Shown here: positions 39,901-51,850 of the stretch, piece by piece
How positions within the stretch are numbered: position 1 is the first letter of the stretch
Layout of the letters: each line of letters begins with the position of its first letter
Origin: Nageia nagi
Taxonomy: Eukaryota > Plantae > Pinophyta
Length of the DNA: 64,000 nt
Assembly: GCA_050084985.1 (NCBI GenBank)
Contig: JBITNC010000001.1
Coordinates: forward strand, 18,476,001 to 18,540,000
Direction: 5' to 3'
Position numbers and translations under genes: made by a program
The notes under the pieces: model-generated
What the model was told of the DNA's origin: nothing
Database searches by the model: none
The model's input: only the letters and a program-made list of their open reading frames with translations

Positions 39901-42431
39901 ATGAAACATTATCTATAGAAAACTTGAGACCTAATATTCTAATGGGTTTTGTTTACTAACTCCTAAAGAATATCTTTATATAATCTATTATTTTGCACAA
40001 GTCCATTTATTAACTTTGCATAAGGAATAAACATGTATCATTTCCATAGTTTTCACAAGTCCATTCATAACTTTGCATAAGGAATTTATCCAAAAAAACG
40101 AATGCTTATAAAAGTATCAAAAATCCTAGGCATGCATCCATTCCTCATAACAAATTCTAATATTTTTAAGTAAAACATAAAAATTCCTCCCTTTTTTACT
40201 TAAAAAAAAACTTTAGGCAACATGATCCCTTCAATAAATACTTAGGTATAAAATTACTAGTTTACCTTAGAAAGTAATTCATATCACTTTAAAAATGTCA
40301 TTATAAGACATTAATGTTAAGAATTACCATTTTTCCTAAGCAATTGAAGGTACTTTAAAATTGCAAAAATTTCCTTTAGGAAAAAAATAATCCCATTTAA
40401 TATTTAAAAGGTTGCCATAAAAAAAAATCATCCTCTTCTTTGCAAAAAAAAAAAAACTTAAACCTTTCAACACTAAAAAGGAACTTTTAAGAAATGCAAT
40501 TTGACCAAGTAAACTACTTCTATGCATTTACAAAAAAAATACCCCCCGTAACAAAGCATCCATATTTCTATGCAATTTTCAAATTAAATGTTTATCCCCT
40601 TTTTAAAGATAAGGAATGATAGCAAAGTATTAAATGTTGACACGATTACCTATTTACTTGCAAGAAATTAATCCTTAGTTTTAACCTTTACTTCACTCCA
40701 AGTCAGATGCATTAAATGGAACATTGGTAAAAAATTAAGACTTTAAGTTTACTTGCAAGAAACCCAAAAAAAAGTGTGAAAAGGAAAAAAAATGCCTGAG
40801 TTTCTCCCTATTTTGTTTGGTTTCTACGTAGAGATAGAGAGGAGGGGCCGAGAGAGGCGCCTATGGAGGGAGGGCCTTACAAGGTGCTAATGGGAAATAA
40901 ACCACGGCTAGAGCTCATCCGCCCTGGTTGGCTCAGCTTTCTGCCTCTCCCATTTTGCCTCATCATTCCCTAGCCAGTCTGCGTAGATAGAAGGGGCAAA
41001 GAGATAAGGGAGGTGAGATCCGCAATGCCCAGGGGGCAAATCAGAAGAAGCATCTAGTGGCGCACCCAATCTTGCCATCATAAGGTTATGGATTGAGGAG
41101 GAGAGGAACAGCTGTGCTGGGGATATAGTGTGTAGGAAAAGAATTAGTTTCAAGGATGCACATGATAGACACAGTTTCTTAGGACCTACGAGAAGAGATA
41201 GTGGAGTTTGCAAGCGACGGAGAGTGGCGAGGGGTCTTCAAGAAGTAGATAGTACTCTCAAAGAATATGGAGTGATTCAAAGAAAAAGGAGTGGAATGTA
41301 CTCTGAACACCAGCGAGAGGTTGTGTTTGGCACAGCAAAGGAGACCAGGTAACAGAGTAGAGACTCGCACAGCCGATGAGAGTACCCATTCATACTATAG
41401 AAGCCCCAACCAACTTTTTTAAATTGGCCTAATTTTAAAGATTATTTGTTTTGAACTTTTTTTAAGTTTCTATATTTTCTCTCAGCAATGAAATTTTTGA
41501 AAAAAAATACTAAATTTCAAAAGAAAATAGGATATTATATGTAAATATGAAAAATTTCTTGTTAGCAAGCTTTTGAAAAAATAATTTCCTTTGTTTCAAA
41601 CAGCTTATGAAAACCTCTTTTAGAATAAATAAATATGGTAAGCAAAATATTTTTAAAAAATTGCATTAATAAAGAAGGTTAGTGTTAGACAATTACATCA
41701 TATTTCTAATTTTTTTAAGCATATTTTGTTAAAAGAAATGAACACATAACAAATAATATGTTAGTAGCATAGTGAAATAATAAAAATAACCAAGAAGGAA
41801 GGAATATATACCTTCTCTTGATTTTATTGCAACAAGACTCCAAAATTGAAGGAAGAAAACCTCCAAGTTGAAGGAAGAAGATCTCCAAAATGTTGAAGAG
41901 GAACCTTCAAACTAGCTCTGATACCAAATGAAAGATTTATGCCTTAAAGAACACAATCCTAAACTACCAAGATCTATTGAAAGCTCACTCAAACAACAAT
42001 ATACTAAAACATAAATCAATCTCACAAAGTGATTAAAGATATAAAGTGGTTCCTTCAACTGAGAGAACATCCACTAACAAGATCTTACTTCATTCACAAA
42101 GACAACTCTCTTACAATACTCCTAACTTCATCTCCTAATCACTATCTTAGAGCATAATTTTGTTTCACAAATTGGTGAGTGATCACAAAGAGGGGACCTT
42201 CTATTTATAGGCCAAAATACCCTTTTGGATCACCCTTTTAACCATTGTACAAAGGTATGATATGCTACTCCCATTTACCCAAGGGGCATGTTCATGAGAT
42301 GGAGTGTAAGAATAGTTACATTATCATATTCACTTAAATACTTAAGGTATCTACTGATACCATTAAGTATTAGTGAATTTACAAAGATGAACATTACAAA
42401 ACCTTACAATAGTGCATTATACATTCCAACA
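33996..42431 (-). mobile_element. Ty1/copia LTR retrotransposon with both LTRs (33996-34497, 41929-42431) and degenerate gag-PR-INT-RT-RH; same family as 1-3707
   Basis: TG..CA LTRs of ~500 bp; PBS-iMet 41915-41926; PPT CTCCCTCTTAA from 34498. gag LDGSNFGIW (~39100), PR WIVDFKCTNH (~38640), INT PYTPQQND (~37800), RT [45 protein letters not shown]. RNase H ends ~35240. Confidence 0.95.
35526..36005 (+). mobile_element. Solo LTR (480 bp) inserted in the copia RNase H region, opposite orientation
   Basis: TGTTAGAAT...CCTTCA termini, perfect 5-bp TSD AATAT (35521-35525, 36006-36010), TATAAATA at ~35751. Confidence 0.9.
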
Positions 42432-42620
42432 GTAAGTTCACTCTAACATCAATTTACTTAAAGCTTAACAATCTCACAAATTGACTCACCCTTTTAACCA
42501 TATTACCAAGGCATGACATGTTTCACCCTTTTATCCAAGGGGCATGCTCATGAGATGGAGTGTAGGATAAGTTATATTATCATATTCATTTAAATGCTTA
42601 AGGTATCTAGGGGTACCATT
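42432..42620 (-). mobile_element. Internally deleted partial LTR of the same copia family
   Basis: Aligns with ~34046-34102 and then ~34298-34430 of the left LTR. Confidence 0.85.
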
Positions 42621-44330
42621 TCAGTGAGAACTGAAGGGTTGTCATCCTAGGCCAAGTAGCCTTTTGTTTCGATATCAAAAATAGATCAAATGAAATTCAT
42701 TTTTTGAATCATTTGGTCCTGCTATTAGACCCCATTACTATCTATCAGGGCATCAAGTTAGTTCACCACATCGTCAATATGGTCACTTGTTATCATATGT
42801 CAAAGTTTTTCATTTTTCACTTTTGCAAAGGTGTCAAGTTTGTCAAAGTTTTGTTTGGCCCATTTCGATTGCATCCAGGAAGCATAATGACATGGTTATT
42901 GTATGATCTTATCTTCATTGACATAAATCGACTAGTAGGGGATGCACCCTACCTTGTTTTACGCACCTTTTTGTGGGATTTGTAAAGGGCCTATTGCCAA
43001 TTTGTTTAAAATACTTATTGACAATTATTATTCATCGTTATGTGATTCATTTTTCAATGTTCTTAATTATTGGTCATTATGCTTGTGATTCATTTTATTA
43101 TTTTCAATTATTCATTTGGTCCATTTTTATCTTTTTAGGATTGTGTATATTTTACTTTTTCTGATTTGTATATTGTCCTCATTCCATTTTTGCTATTTGC
43201 TATTGTCAATATTTTTTATCTTTCATGATTTGTCTTTTATTAGGCATTGTTATGTGTCATTGGTTAGGTTCTTATTGTTCCTTTGCTTATTTGGCCATTG
43301 TTGTCATTGTTCTTGTACCTTGTCATTTGTCTTCTTCTATCATCTTTTATTTGGTAAGTATTTATTGTTGCTTTATCATTTGTGTGATTGTAATCATTTT
43401 ATTATCTTTTATTAAGCTTGTGGATTTCATTTATGCGTGTGGTTATACATACAAGTTCATTTTATCCATCCATGTATCTCATTATGTGTATCCATCCATT
43501 GTTCCTTTTTAACCATGAACAAATGCATTCATACATAGGTGTGTGTGTGTGTGTACCATCCACATTGTGTTGTCTATACATCAGCATATACATACATCAT
43601 GTGTATAAAGAGTCATACATCCATAATATACATCATACGCATACACATAAGTCAATCATAGTAAGTCTAAAATTCCATGTCATATATCATAAAAAAAACA
43701 AGCATACAATGTCCATACATATCAGGCATCATCCATACATGTGTTCATCCATCATACATATAAGCAAAAATATATCAAAATATATAAAGTCCATAAATAT
43801 ATATCAATATTCCATGTGCATCCATACATGTCTGTCAAAATAATAATGCATTGCATGTCTATACATGTAAATGTCCATGTACATAAAAATAGGTCTCATA
43901 ATACATTGCACTCACTATGGCATCAAAAAATGCATAGCCTCATGTCTAGTCTTTGTCCCTAGATCCCTTACGGAGTTGGATCTTGTCATGGCCTCCTTCT
44001 ACTAGGGGGAGTGCTAGTCTTCCCCTACCCCTTTATCTGCATCCCTAATGGGCTAGCCTCTGATGCTACACATGTTTTTCCTGTTGAGGGTGGCGACCCA
44101 AAAAACCTGCCAACAACCTATGTGACTTGTGAGATCGTCCATTTCATAGATCCTACGCTGGTCCCTGCTCCTATCCTGGTCTCTACACCTGCTCACGGTC
44201 CCAACTCGGGTTATCTCATGAAATGCCCCTCACTTTATTGGGACCTCACCACACTCCTAGACATGCTTTAAGCTATGGAATATGTCCTCGACCACTCCAG
44301 ACCTATTAGGTTCAATCCCACCTTGACCAA
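42621..44330. mobile_element. Unclassified low-complexity repeat remnant, probably retrotransposon UTR/LTR
   Basis: T-rich then CAT/ACAT-rich composition, (GT)n at ~43538, purine run AGGGGGAG at ~44004; no protein motifs. Confidence 0.35.
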
Positions 44331-44334
44331 TTGT

Positions 44335-47300
44335 AATATGTTTTGGCTCATATTTTGAGCATGTATATAGGAAAATCATGAGAATCAATAGAAGGGGAAT
44401 CAACTACATATGCCAAAATATGCATGGAGATGGACTTAGTAAAACCTTTACAAGTTGAAATTGATCTCATAGTAAGAGGGCACATATAGAGGCAATAAAT
44501 AGACTATGAATAAGTTCCATTTAGATGCAAAGATTGTCATGAATATGGACATTTGGTCAAGGATTTTCCCAAATTAGCCAAAGGAGACACACAACATATG
44601 AATCCAAACCTAAGAGCCCAACCTCCACAAAAAGAAGGTGAACAAGGATTCTAAATATTTATAAGAAAAAGGATAAAATATAGTAACTAGGTAAGGGGGA
44701 GAATTCAACTAAAGGAGGAAACTCAAACCAACACCAAGAATGGAGGACTTCTTCCAACAAATATGAGATCCTAAGGTTAAACGATCCAATGAAAGAAGAA
44801 CAACTTCTGAGTTTAAAACAAGTAAAGAATTTAGAGAAGGATGAAGGAGAGATTCAATCCCCCAACCTACAGTAACAAAAAAATAAAAATACATAATAAG
44901 AATGAGGGATGTTGAGGTCAAACAATCCACATAGGTGCAAAACCTACTAACCCATGAGCAACATATAGGGTATAAAGAACTTATACAACCAAATACAAAT
45001 GGAGCACTCATAATTTACAATCAAGAGCAATATACAAAAAATGACATCATTAGGGAATTAATAGAGAAAAGTCAACCTTAGGAATTAATCAAATGGAGAA
45101 AAGGTAAAAAAAAAAGTCATGTTGTTGGAAGGAAGATAAATAAAGAGAAAATGCAACAACAATGAGAGATATTACGAGAATCAAGTTTAGTGAAATCCAA
45201 ATCCAATTTCTAAAACAAAAACTCACAATGATTATAAATACATGGAATTATTGAGGACAATTGATCATTAAGAGAATGATAGAAGATAACCACCCAGATG
45301 TGGTGTTACTATAGGAAATCAGAGCATCTCTTGCATCAATGTAAGTCATTTCAAAAAGGTGATGAATATAAAGAGATTATGAAGCCCAAGTTGCCCAAGG
45401 TTTTTCAAGGGGAATGACTACTTTGTGGAATAAAGATAGCTTTCAATAGGTTAGAGAAACAATCAGCTAGAGATATCTTAATGCTAAGGTTAAGAGATAA
45501 AGAATCAAATGTAGTTTGGTTGATAGTTGATACCTATGGTATGCAGGAGGTGTATGAACAAAAAACCTAATTGAAGGAGATCCATGATATAATGGAAGCA
45601 TACCCAATAGACCTATTATTGGTGGGAGGAGAATTCAATGCCAAGATGTTGATGAATGACAAAGAGGGAGGTCTAGGTCAAGTAAGTGAGAAGGATAAGC
45701 TCCTTATTGGCCAAGACAATAATTTGAATCTAATTGACATTTCACCCCCAAGATATAACACTACCTAGACCAATAAAAGGAAAGGAGATCAAACAATAAA
45801 ATCAATACTAGACATGATATTGATAGAGGAAAGAATTAAACTTCTTTGGGCTTATCATTCAAAGATCTTAAATCGATTATCATCAAACAAAACTACCCAC
45901 CCCACGAATCACCATTTTAGATTTGAGAACTTATGGTTTTTAAATAAGGACATACTAGAGATGGTATAATAATGGTGGAAACAAAGTAAACCAACATATG
46001 TAACTAAATAATTCCAACTATAATCTAGATTAACATATATTACATGCAAAAAAATTAGAGTAAAATCCAAAGTTCAAAATTTCAACAACAAAGAGTAGAA
46101 TTGATGAGGAGAATGCAAGGAATAGAAAATAGGATGTATTTGGAACCACTCTCATAAGACTTAATCTTTCAAGAAAAAGCCTTGATGAAAGAGGAAGAGA
46201 AGTTTGATAAGAAAGAAGAGACCTATTGGAGGTAAAGATTTAGAATAACTTGGCTATAAGAAAGTGATAAGAATGCAAAGTTCTTTCCCCAATATACCAC
46301 AACATGAAGCCATCACAACCAAATTGTTGTCCTTACTAATGCAAAAGGACTCAAAAGAAACTACTACTCCAAATATGCAAAAAGAAGCTAATGAATATTT
46401 TCTACTTTATTCATTGCAGACCCACACCTGTCTAAATAAGTTCACGAGGAAGTATAGTAAAGTATCCCCATATTAGTATCTCAAAAGAAAATTGAAGAGC
46501 TATTAAGATAGATGGACTACCAACAAAGTTCTAGAAAGCCTTTTGGGATACCATAGAGAAGGATGTTACTAGAGTAGTGGAATAGGCCAAATCTATCAGG
46601 AGATTTCCCAAGTCCCCCAATCATAAGTTTTTGGATTTGATTCCAAAAGGAGGAGAGATGGAAAACTTAACCAACTACAGACTGATTTACCTCTATAATA
46701 TGATCTGCAAGATTATCATCGAGGTGATGGCCAATAGACTAAAAACCATATTTCTATATATAATATCTCTAGAGCAAGGGGGTTTGGTGTAGAGTAGAGA
46801 AATTTTATATGGGATTCTGAGAGCACAAGAAACCATTCATCAAATGACCTGAAAAAAAAAGAATAAAGGAATATTCTTGAAGTTGGATTTATCTAAGGCA
46901 TACGATAGGATGAGTTTGAATTTAAAGATGAATGAATAAAATGGGTAATAAAATGCATTTCCACAAACTCCTTTTCAATGCTAATCAAGGGAACCCCCTC
47001 CCCATTGTTTATGGCTGGTAGAGGAATTAGATAAGGAGATATGCTTTCATCGTATGTATTTATTATTTTTGCAGAAGAACTAGGAATACTTATACAAAAG
47101 GAAAAAAGAAGAGAACATCATTGTAGGAATATAGCCATTACCTATCTTCAATTTGTAGATGATACATTTTTATGGGTGAAATAACAATGAAAGAAACAAC
47201 CAATATCAAAGGCATATTAAATTGTTACATTACATCTATCGGTCAAATACTTAATGAAGAAAAATCCAAAGTTATTTTCTTCAATGTACATAAAAGAATT

Positions 47301-47650
47301 ACGAATCAAATAACATACATTTTCATATTCCTAATGTCCTCCCTACCATTAGACTACTTGGGTATCCCCTTAATAGAGAAAAAATAAAGAAAGAAGGATT
47401 CAAAATCCATAATAGACAAATTTTAATCAAAACTTTCACATTGGACTCGTAGATGGTTAAGATTTGGGGGAAGAATCATACTCTTGAAGTTAGTTCTAAA
47501 AACCTTACCAATTTATAAATTCTCTATTTTAGCAACCCCTAAGAGCATTCTCAAATATGAAGATAAAATAATAAGAAGATTTTTACGGCCAAGATCACAT
47601 GGAGATTAAAAAAAAGTGCTTTGGTGCAATGGGATAAAATGTGCCAACCT
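44335..47650 (+). mobile_element. Degenerate L1-type LINE: ORF1 C-terminal part plus ORF2 (endonuclease and RT)
   Basis: ORF1 knuckle PFRCKDCHEYGHLVKD (~44517-44565). ORF2 start M..TWN (~45228), VGGEFN, PFRFENLW (~45913), KLDLSKAYDR (~46879), GRGIR*GD, LQFVDDT (~47146), YLGIPL. Confidence 0.9.
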
Positions 47651-47659
47651 TTATTGTTG

Positions 47660-48595
47660 CAATGAAACCAAATACCAAAACACGTAAGGCTGGTGTTGGT
47701 AAGGAAACATGAGGATTATTGAAATATGATGTTGACCATATGTCATTTCCAAGTTAGCAAAATAAATTTGTCCCTCGTGTTATAATTTTAAAATAAACAA
47801 TGTGTAACTGTAGGAATATTTTAATTTGTAACATCTATAGACTGTTATTATTCATGTAACAACTTTAGAATCTTTGTATTAGATTAGAATAGAGTAAAAA
47901 CATCGCATTGTAACATTTTTTAATGAATTAGTATAGTATGCAATAGAGTAAATCATTCCTCAAGTTGGTGTGTATGATTTTCATGTGTAGTCAAGATTTT
48001 CTATCAAAAAAATCTTGAGGCTTATAACTTTTCTTACAAAGCTCATTTTTTTGTCGGTATTGGCTCATTGGAAATATGTTTTCAATACCTTTCCATTGAT
48101 ATATAACATGCCATACTTCTTATGATAATCACCAACACACTAGCCATTTTTTGCTTAACTATCATTATGTCATTTCCAAAATTGTAAACAATAGGGTCTA
48201 GTATCACCACGATTCGTTTGAGTTCTATTGATCCATTTGCAGATTTCCACATACCATTATAAATCTCTTTTAAATACCTTTCCAATAGTATATGACACTT
48301 TGTACTTTCATTAAGAATCGCCATAGCGACATCCCATTCTTTTTTAGGTATTTCTGCTACGAAACTATTGTTTGGTCGCTAGAGATAATGTCTCATGTCA
48401 CCAAGAATCGCTAGATATTTATAGCTCCTTTTGCTAATCGACATACATCACTAAAAATATATTTGTAATACCTTTCTAATGGTATAAGACATCCCATAGT
48501 TTATTTTGAGCTCACCATCTTGTTCACCACATATTTGCCATAGTATAAACTACCAATTTGGCGATTTTGGTCTGTTTAGCGAGTTTGCTTCATTG
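47660..48595. mobile_element. Possible end fragment of a DNA transposon (hAT-like subterminal repeats)
   Basis: Clustered TCGCYA/TRGCGA motifs and repeated AATACCTTTCYAAT units, ending GCGAGTTTGCTTCATTG; no TSD found. Confidence 0.35.
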
Positions 48596-48619
48596 TTGGC
48601 AATTTTATTCATTTCTTCA

Positions 48620-50040
48620 TTTGGTATCAAATCCTTGTTTAGTTGGAGGGTTAGAGTCACCTATGTAGGTCTTTGTAACAATTTATCAAGTTATTTTCTT
48701 TATGTTGAACCCAAGCAAGCCTTCTTCACATGGAGTTTACTTTTTCAAGGCCTTCCTTTAGGTAGTAGACTCGTACATATGGGTGTGGTTAACCCGTTGT
48801 CCTTTTTGTAATACCGACAAGTTGTTTATGGGTCTTTTTAAGTTCTATGGAAAGACCCATAAGGCATGGACTCGGATGGAGTCCTTTTTTCAGCCTTATT
48901 TGAAGCAACCATTAACTTGGCTCCGTAACATTCTAGAACACCCTCCAAATTTCTTCGCATCTTTGGAAGAATTTTGGAATATCTTTAGGATTAGAATTAT
49001 GTTCCAATTGTGAAAAGAAAGAAATGCAATTATTTTTTTCTATAAAGCATCCTTTTGCAAATTTTTCTCTCACTAATAAGCTCGCTATCTTTCATGACAT
49101 TTGGTTTCAAATCAAGGACCAAGTCAATAAGGTTGCCTTGGAAGTCAACCACCTGCAAGAGCTCATCAACCATTATGGCAATGCTTTGTGCTCGATGAAT
49201 CATGTTCCTCCTAAACCGATCCGACAAGAACGTTCGTAGTCGAGACAACATCATCACCCTTCCCCTAAGGAACGAGACCAGAGCTCTATTCGCACATCTC
49301 ACCAATGGCATCATGATATTTGGGCTCTATATACTCTACTTGTGCGAAGTGCTCTTGGATGGGAATCTCGTCCTAGCTCCCCTTACCAAAGTTCTAGCTA
49401 GGGCGATCATCCAAGCTCATCTCATCATAATGATGGTTGGGGAGGGCGGACTGATGGTGATGACAACAAGTGGCGTGGCATTTTTGACGGTTGACTAGAT
49501 CCAAATAATTCAACAATTAATGGAGTGGCGATGGATGGATGGGTTATTCAATCATTTACAACTGAGCATGCGCCAGGTGGGCCAAATTGGCACAAGATTT
49601 GTGAAATGTTGGATAACACACACTGGCCATGGATTCCCTCCAATGTTTGAAAGCATAATGAAGATATGGTGGATCCTCCTGCAACCATTAATGAGGTGGT
49701 CATCTTTGTGCCAACTAGCACCCCGTTGACTAGTACTCCATCCACTTCTTGATGGCATTGAATGCATATGTTGATGTTTAACACCGATGGTGGTGTTTTA
49801 ATGTTGTTTACTTATCGGTTTGGTTAGTTATCTTGTAGCTTTGGTGTCCTGCCATGTGGTCAATAGAGATTTGTTTTGTTTGAAATCCTACTATGTGAAA
49901 GAGCAATGGGAATTGCTTTGTTTGAGACTTCAATTACTGTTTGTTACAATGTCATACGCTCGATGTGTGTGTTAACCATTCATCTCCCTTTGTATGATCT
50001 AATGTTTGTAATACAAACCTAATCATTCAATATATATATA
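48620..50040 (+). mobile_element. 5'-truncated LINE 3' end (zf-RVT-like region and tail)
   Basis: WSLLFQGLPLGSRL..RCPFC..WNIFRIRIMFQL; T-rich 3' UTR ending in a microsatellite. Confidence 0.6.
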
Positions 50041-50068
50041 TATATGTATGTATGTGTGTGTGTGTGTG
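50030..50068. repeat. Compound microsatellite (AT)n(GTAT)n(GT)n
   Basis: Seen directly. Confidence 0.9.
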
Positions 50069-50903
50069 GTGTATCTTAACAATATTTAAAATGTTATTCT
50101 GAATGGTATATAGTTTGTCATGTGGGATAAAAAAAATTTAGTTCATTCACATTATCTCTATAAAGTTGTAAACCACCTAAGAGAGTAAAACTTTATATTT
50201 ACCATCATGTTAGAGTTGAAAGAAGCTAGCATTGCTTAGCTATGTTGGTTGCTTACAAGCGACCAATTTTTAAAATGTGTGTAAAATTAAATGAAAACAT
50301 AAATAGACTTAAACCTTTTCCTTTCTTTTGATAATTCAATATTTGTTGCTATCTTGAAATTGTCATATATAACTTTATCATAATTGAAGTTCCTTGAATT
50401 CATCTTAAATTTGTTTCCGCTTGAAACTTGGTCTTTTTTGGGGGATACGCAAGAGACTCTTTTCATTCACTCTTTGTACAACTTTACATTATATCCGTGT
50501 GTACAATACAACATATGTCCTCAGTGCAATACATTATTATATTTTCGAAATCCTAATATTTCTACTGTATGAACCTAATAGACCCTCCTATGGTTTTGTA
50601 ACATACGAGACCTCATTATAAGAAGTGGCTATCATTTACAAAGGCTTAAAAGTGAAAAAGTAGGCAAAAGAGCATTGTTAAGCCACCATGGTTGATGTGT
50701 TTAACATCCCAAACATGCCACTGCTAGTTGAAGATGGCAATGGCTTTCACAACAATTCGGACTCTGGTATTTCCTTTAGTGAATTTAATGTATCAACTTG
50801 AAACCTATAATCTATAGTATATATGTTTTAGCTGCTGTGTAGGAACCTTAATCTGTTTTCCGCAGAAATTACGATCAGATCAAATTATTTGTGATAACAC
50901 AGG

Positions 50904-51253
50904 TCAAACTGGTTTGTCATGTAAACAAGACATCAATGCTGATACTACATGCAATGACCCAGTAACACATATAATGCCATGAGAGTCATTACTAGTAAGT
51001 TCCAACAATTTCCCAGCCTTCTTTACGGCAGCTTCTACAGACTCAGGTTCTGTAGCGACCAGTAACTCTGAACTCCCATGACTAAAATCTTTCGGCGCAT
51101 AGTTGATTTGCTTTTCATTCCAATCTGTAACAGACAAACTATGCTCTCCTGCAATTTGCATCCAAATTCTTGACAATGAAGAAGCAGGTGTTGTGCGGAT
51201 GTTGCTACCAGCCACACCAACCTCGGTGAAAACAGCTGCCATTGGCAGTGCAC
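50904..51253 (-). CDS. DHFS: Dihydrofolate synthetase (FolC family), last coding exon
   Basis: TTTGTAG| acceptor, phase 1. Encodes ALPMAAVFTEVGVAGSNIRT...IICVTGSLHVVSALMSCLHDKPV* with the FolC C-terminal xTGSL motif. Confidence 0.92.
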
Positions 51254-51850
51254 CTACAAAGCTCCACCACATAACCAGTGAGTAGTAATTAAAACGAATT
51301 TATCAGAACATTTTGGCCAGTCATAAAGATTAGGAACCACCAGAGTCTAAGAGTCAACTATTTGAATTCTGATTAGCTTCAATCCGTAATCAAAATAAGA
51401 CGATAAAAATGATTGTGAAGATGCAAAGGTTGTTGATTTTATTCACAATACCATTGCTATAAACTCATGGATTGTACAAATCTATGTTATGGAGTCTTCA
51501 TTTTATAACTATTTTGAAGAAAGTCACTTGAATTTTCCCCCAATTCAATCAATAGTAAAAATATGAACACTCCCAACTAAACCCATAAGAGCATACGTAG
51601 ATCAATTAAACTCCATGAATTTCGCATTTTATTCTGCTCCCTAATTAATACACTTTGGAACCCATTAGGCCATTACTATTTTCCAATCATGATTTTGGGT
51701 CATCGTACAAATATCAAATAATTACTTCTGTACAATTACTTCAGTAGCTGATTTCAATCAGCAGACCGTCAATCTATTTAGGCTTCATGTTTGGCTTGAA
51801 GGGGAATGGCGGAAGGTTAATCTACTCTCAAGATAAAATACTCAAAACAG

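Noticed and set aside
42973-43962. Hydrophobic and His-rich ORFs
   Set aside because: Overlapping frames arising from T-rich and CAT-rich low-complexity sequence; no motif or splice context.
47660-48595. Complete MITE with CAATGAA..TTCATTG TIRs
   Set aside because: Flanks TATTGTTG and TTGGCAAT are not a TSD; kept only as a low-confidence fragment.
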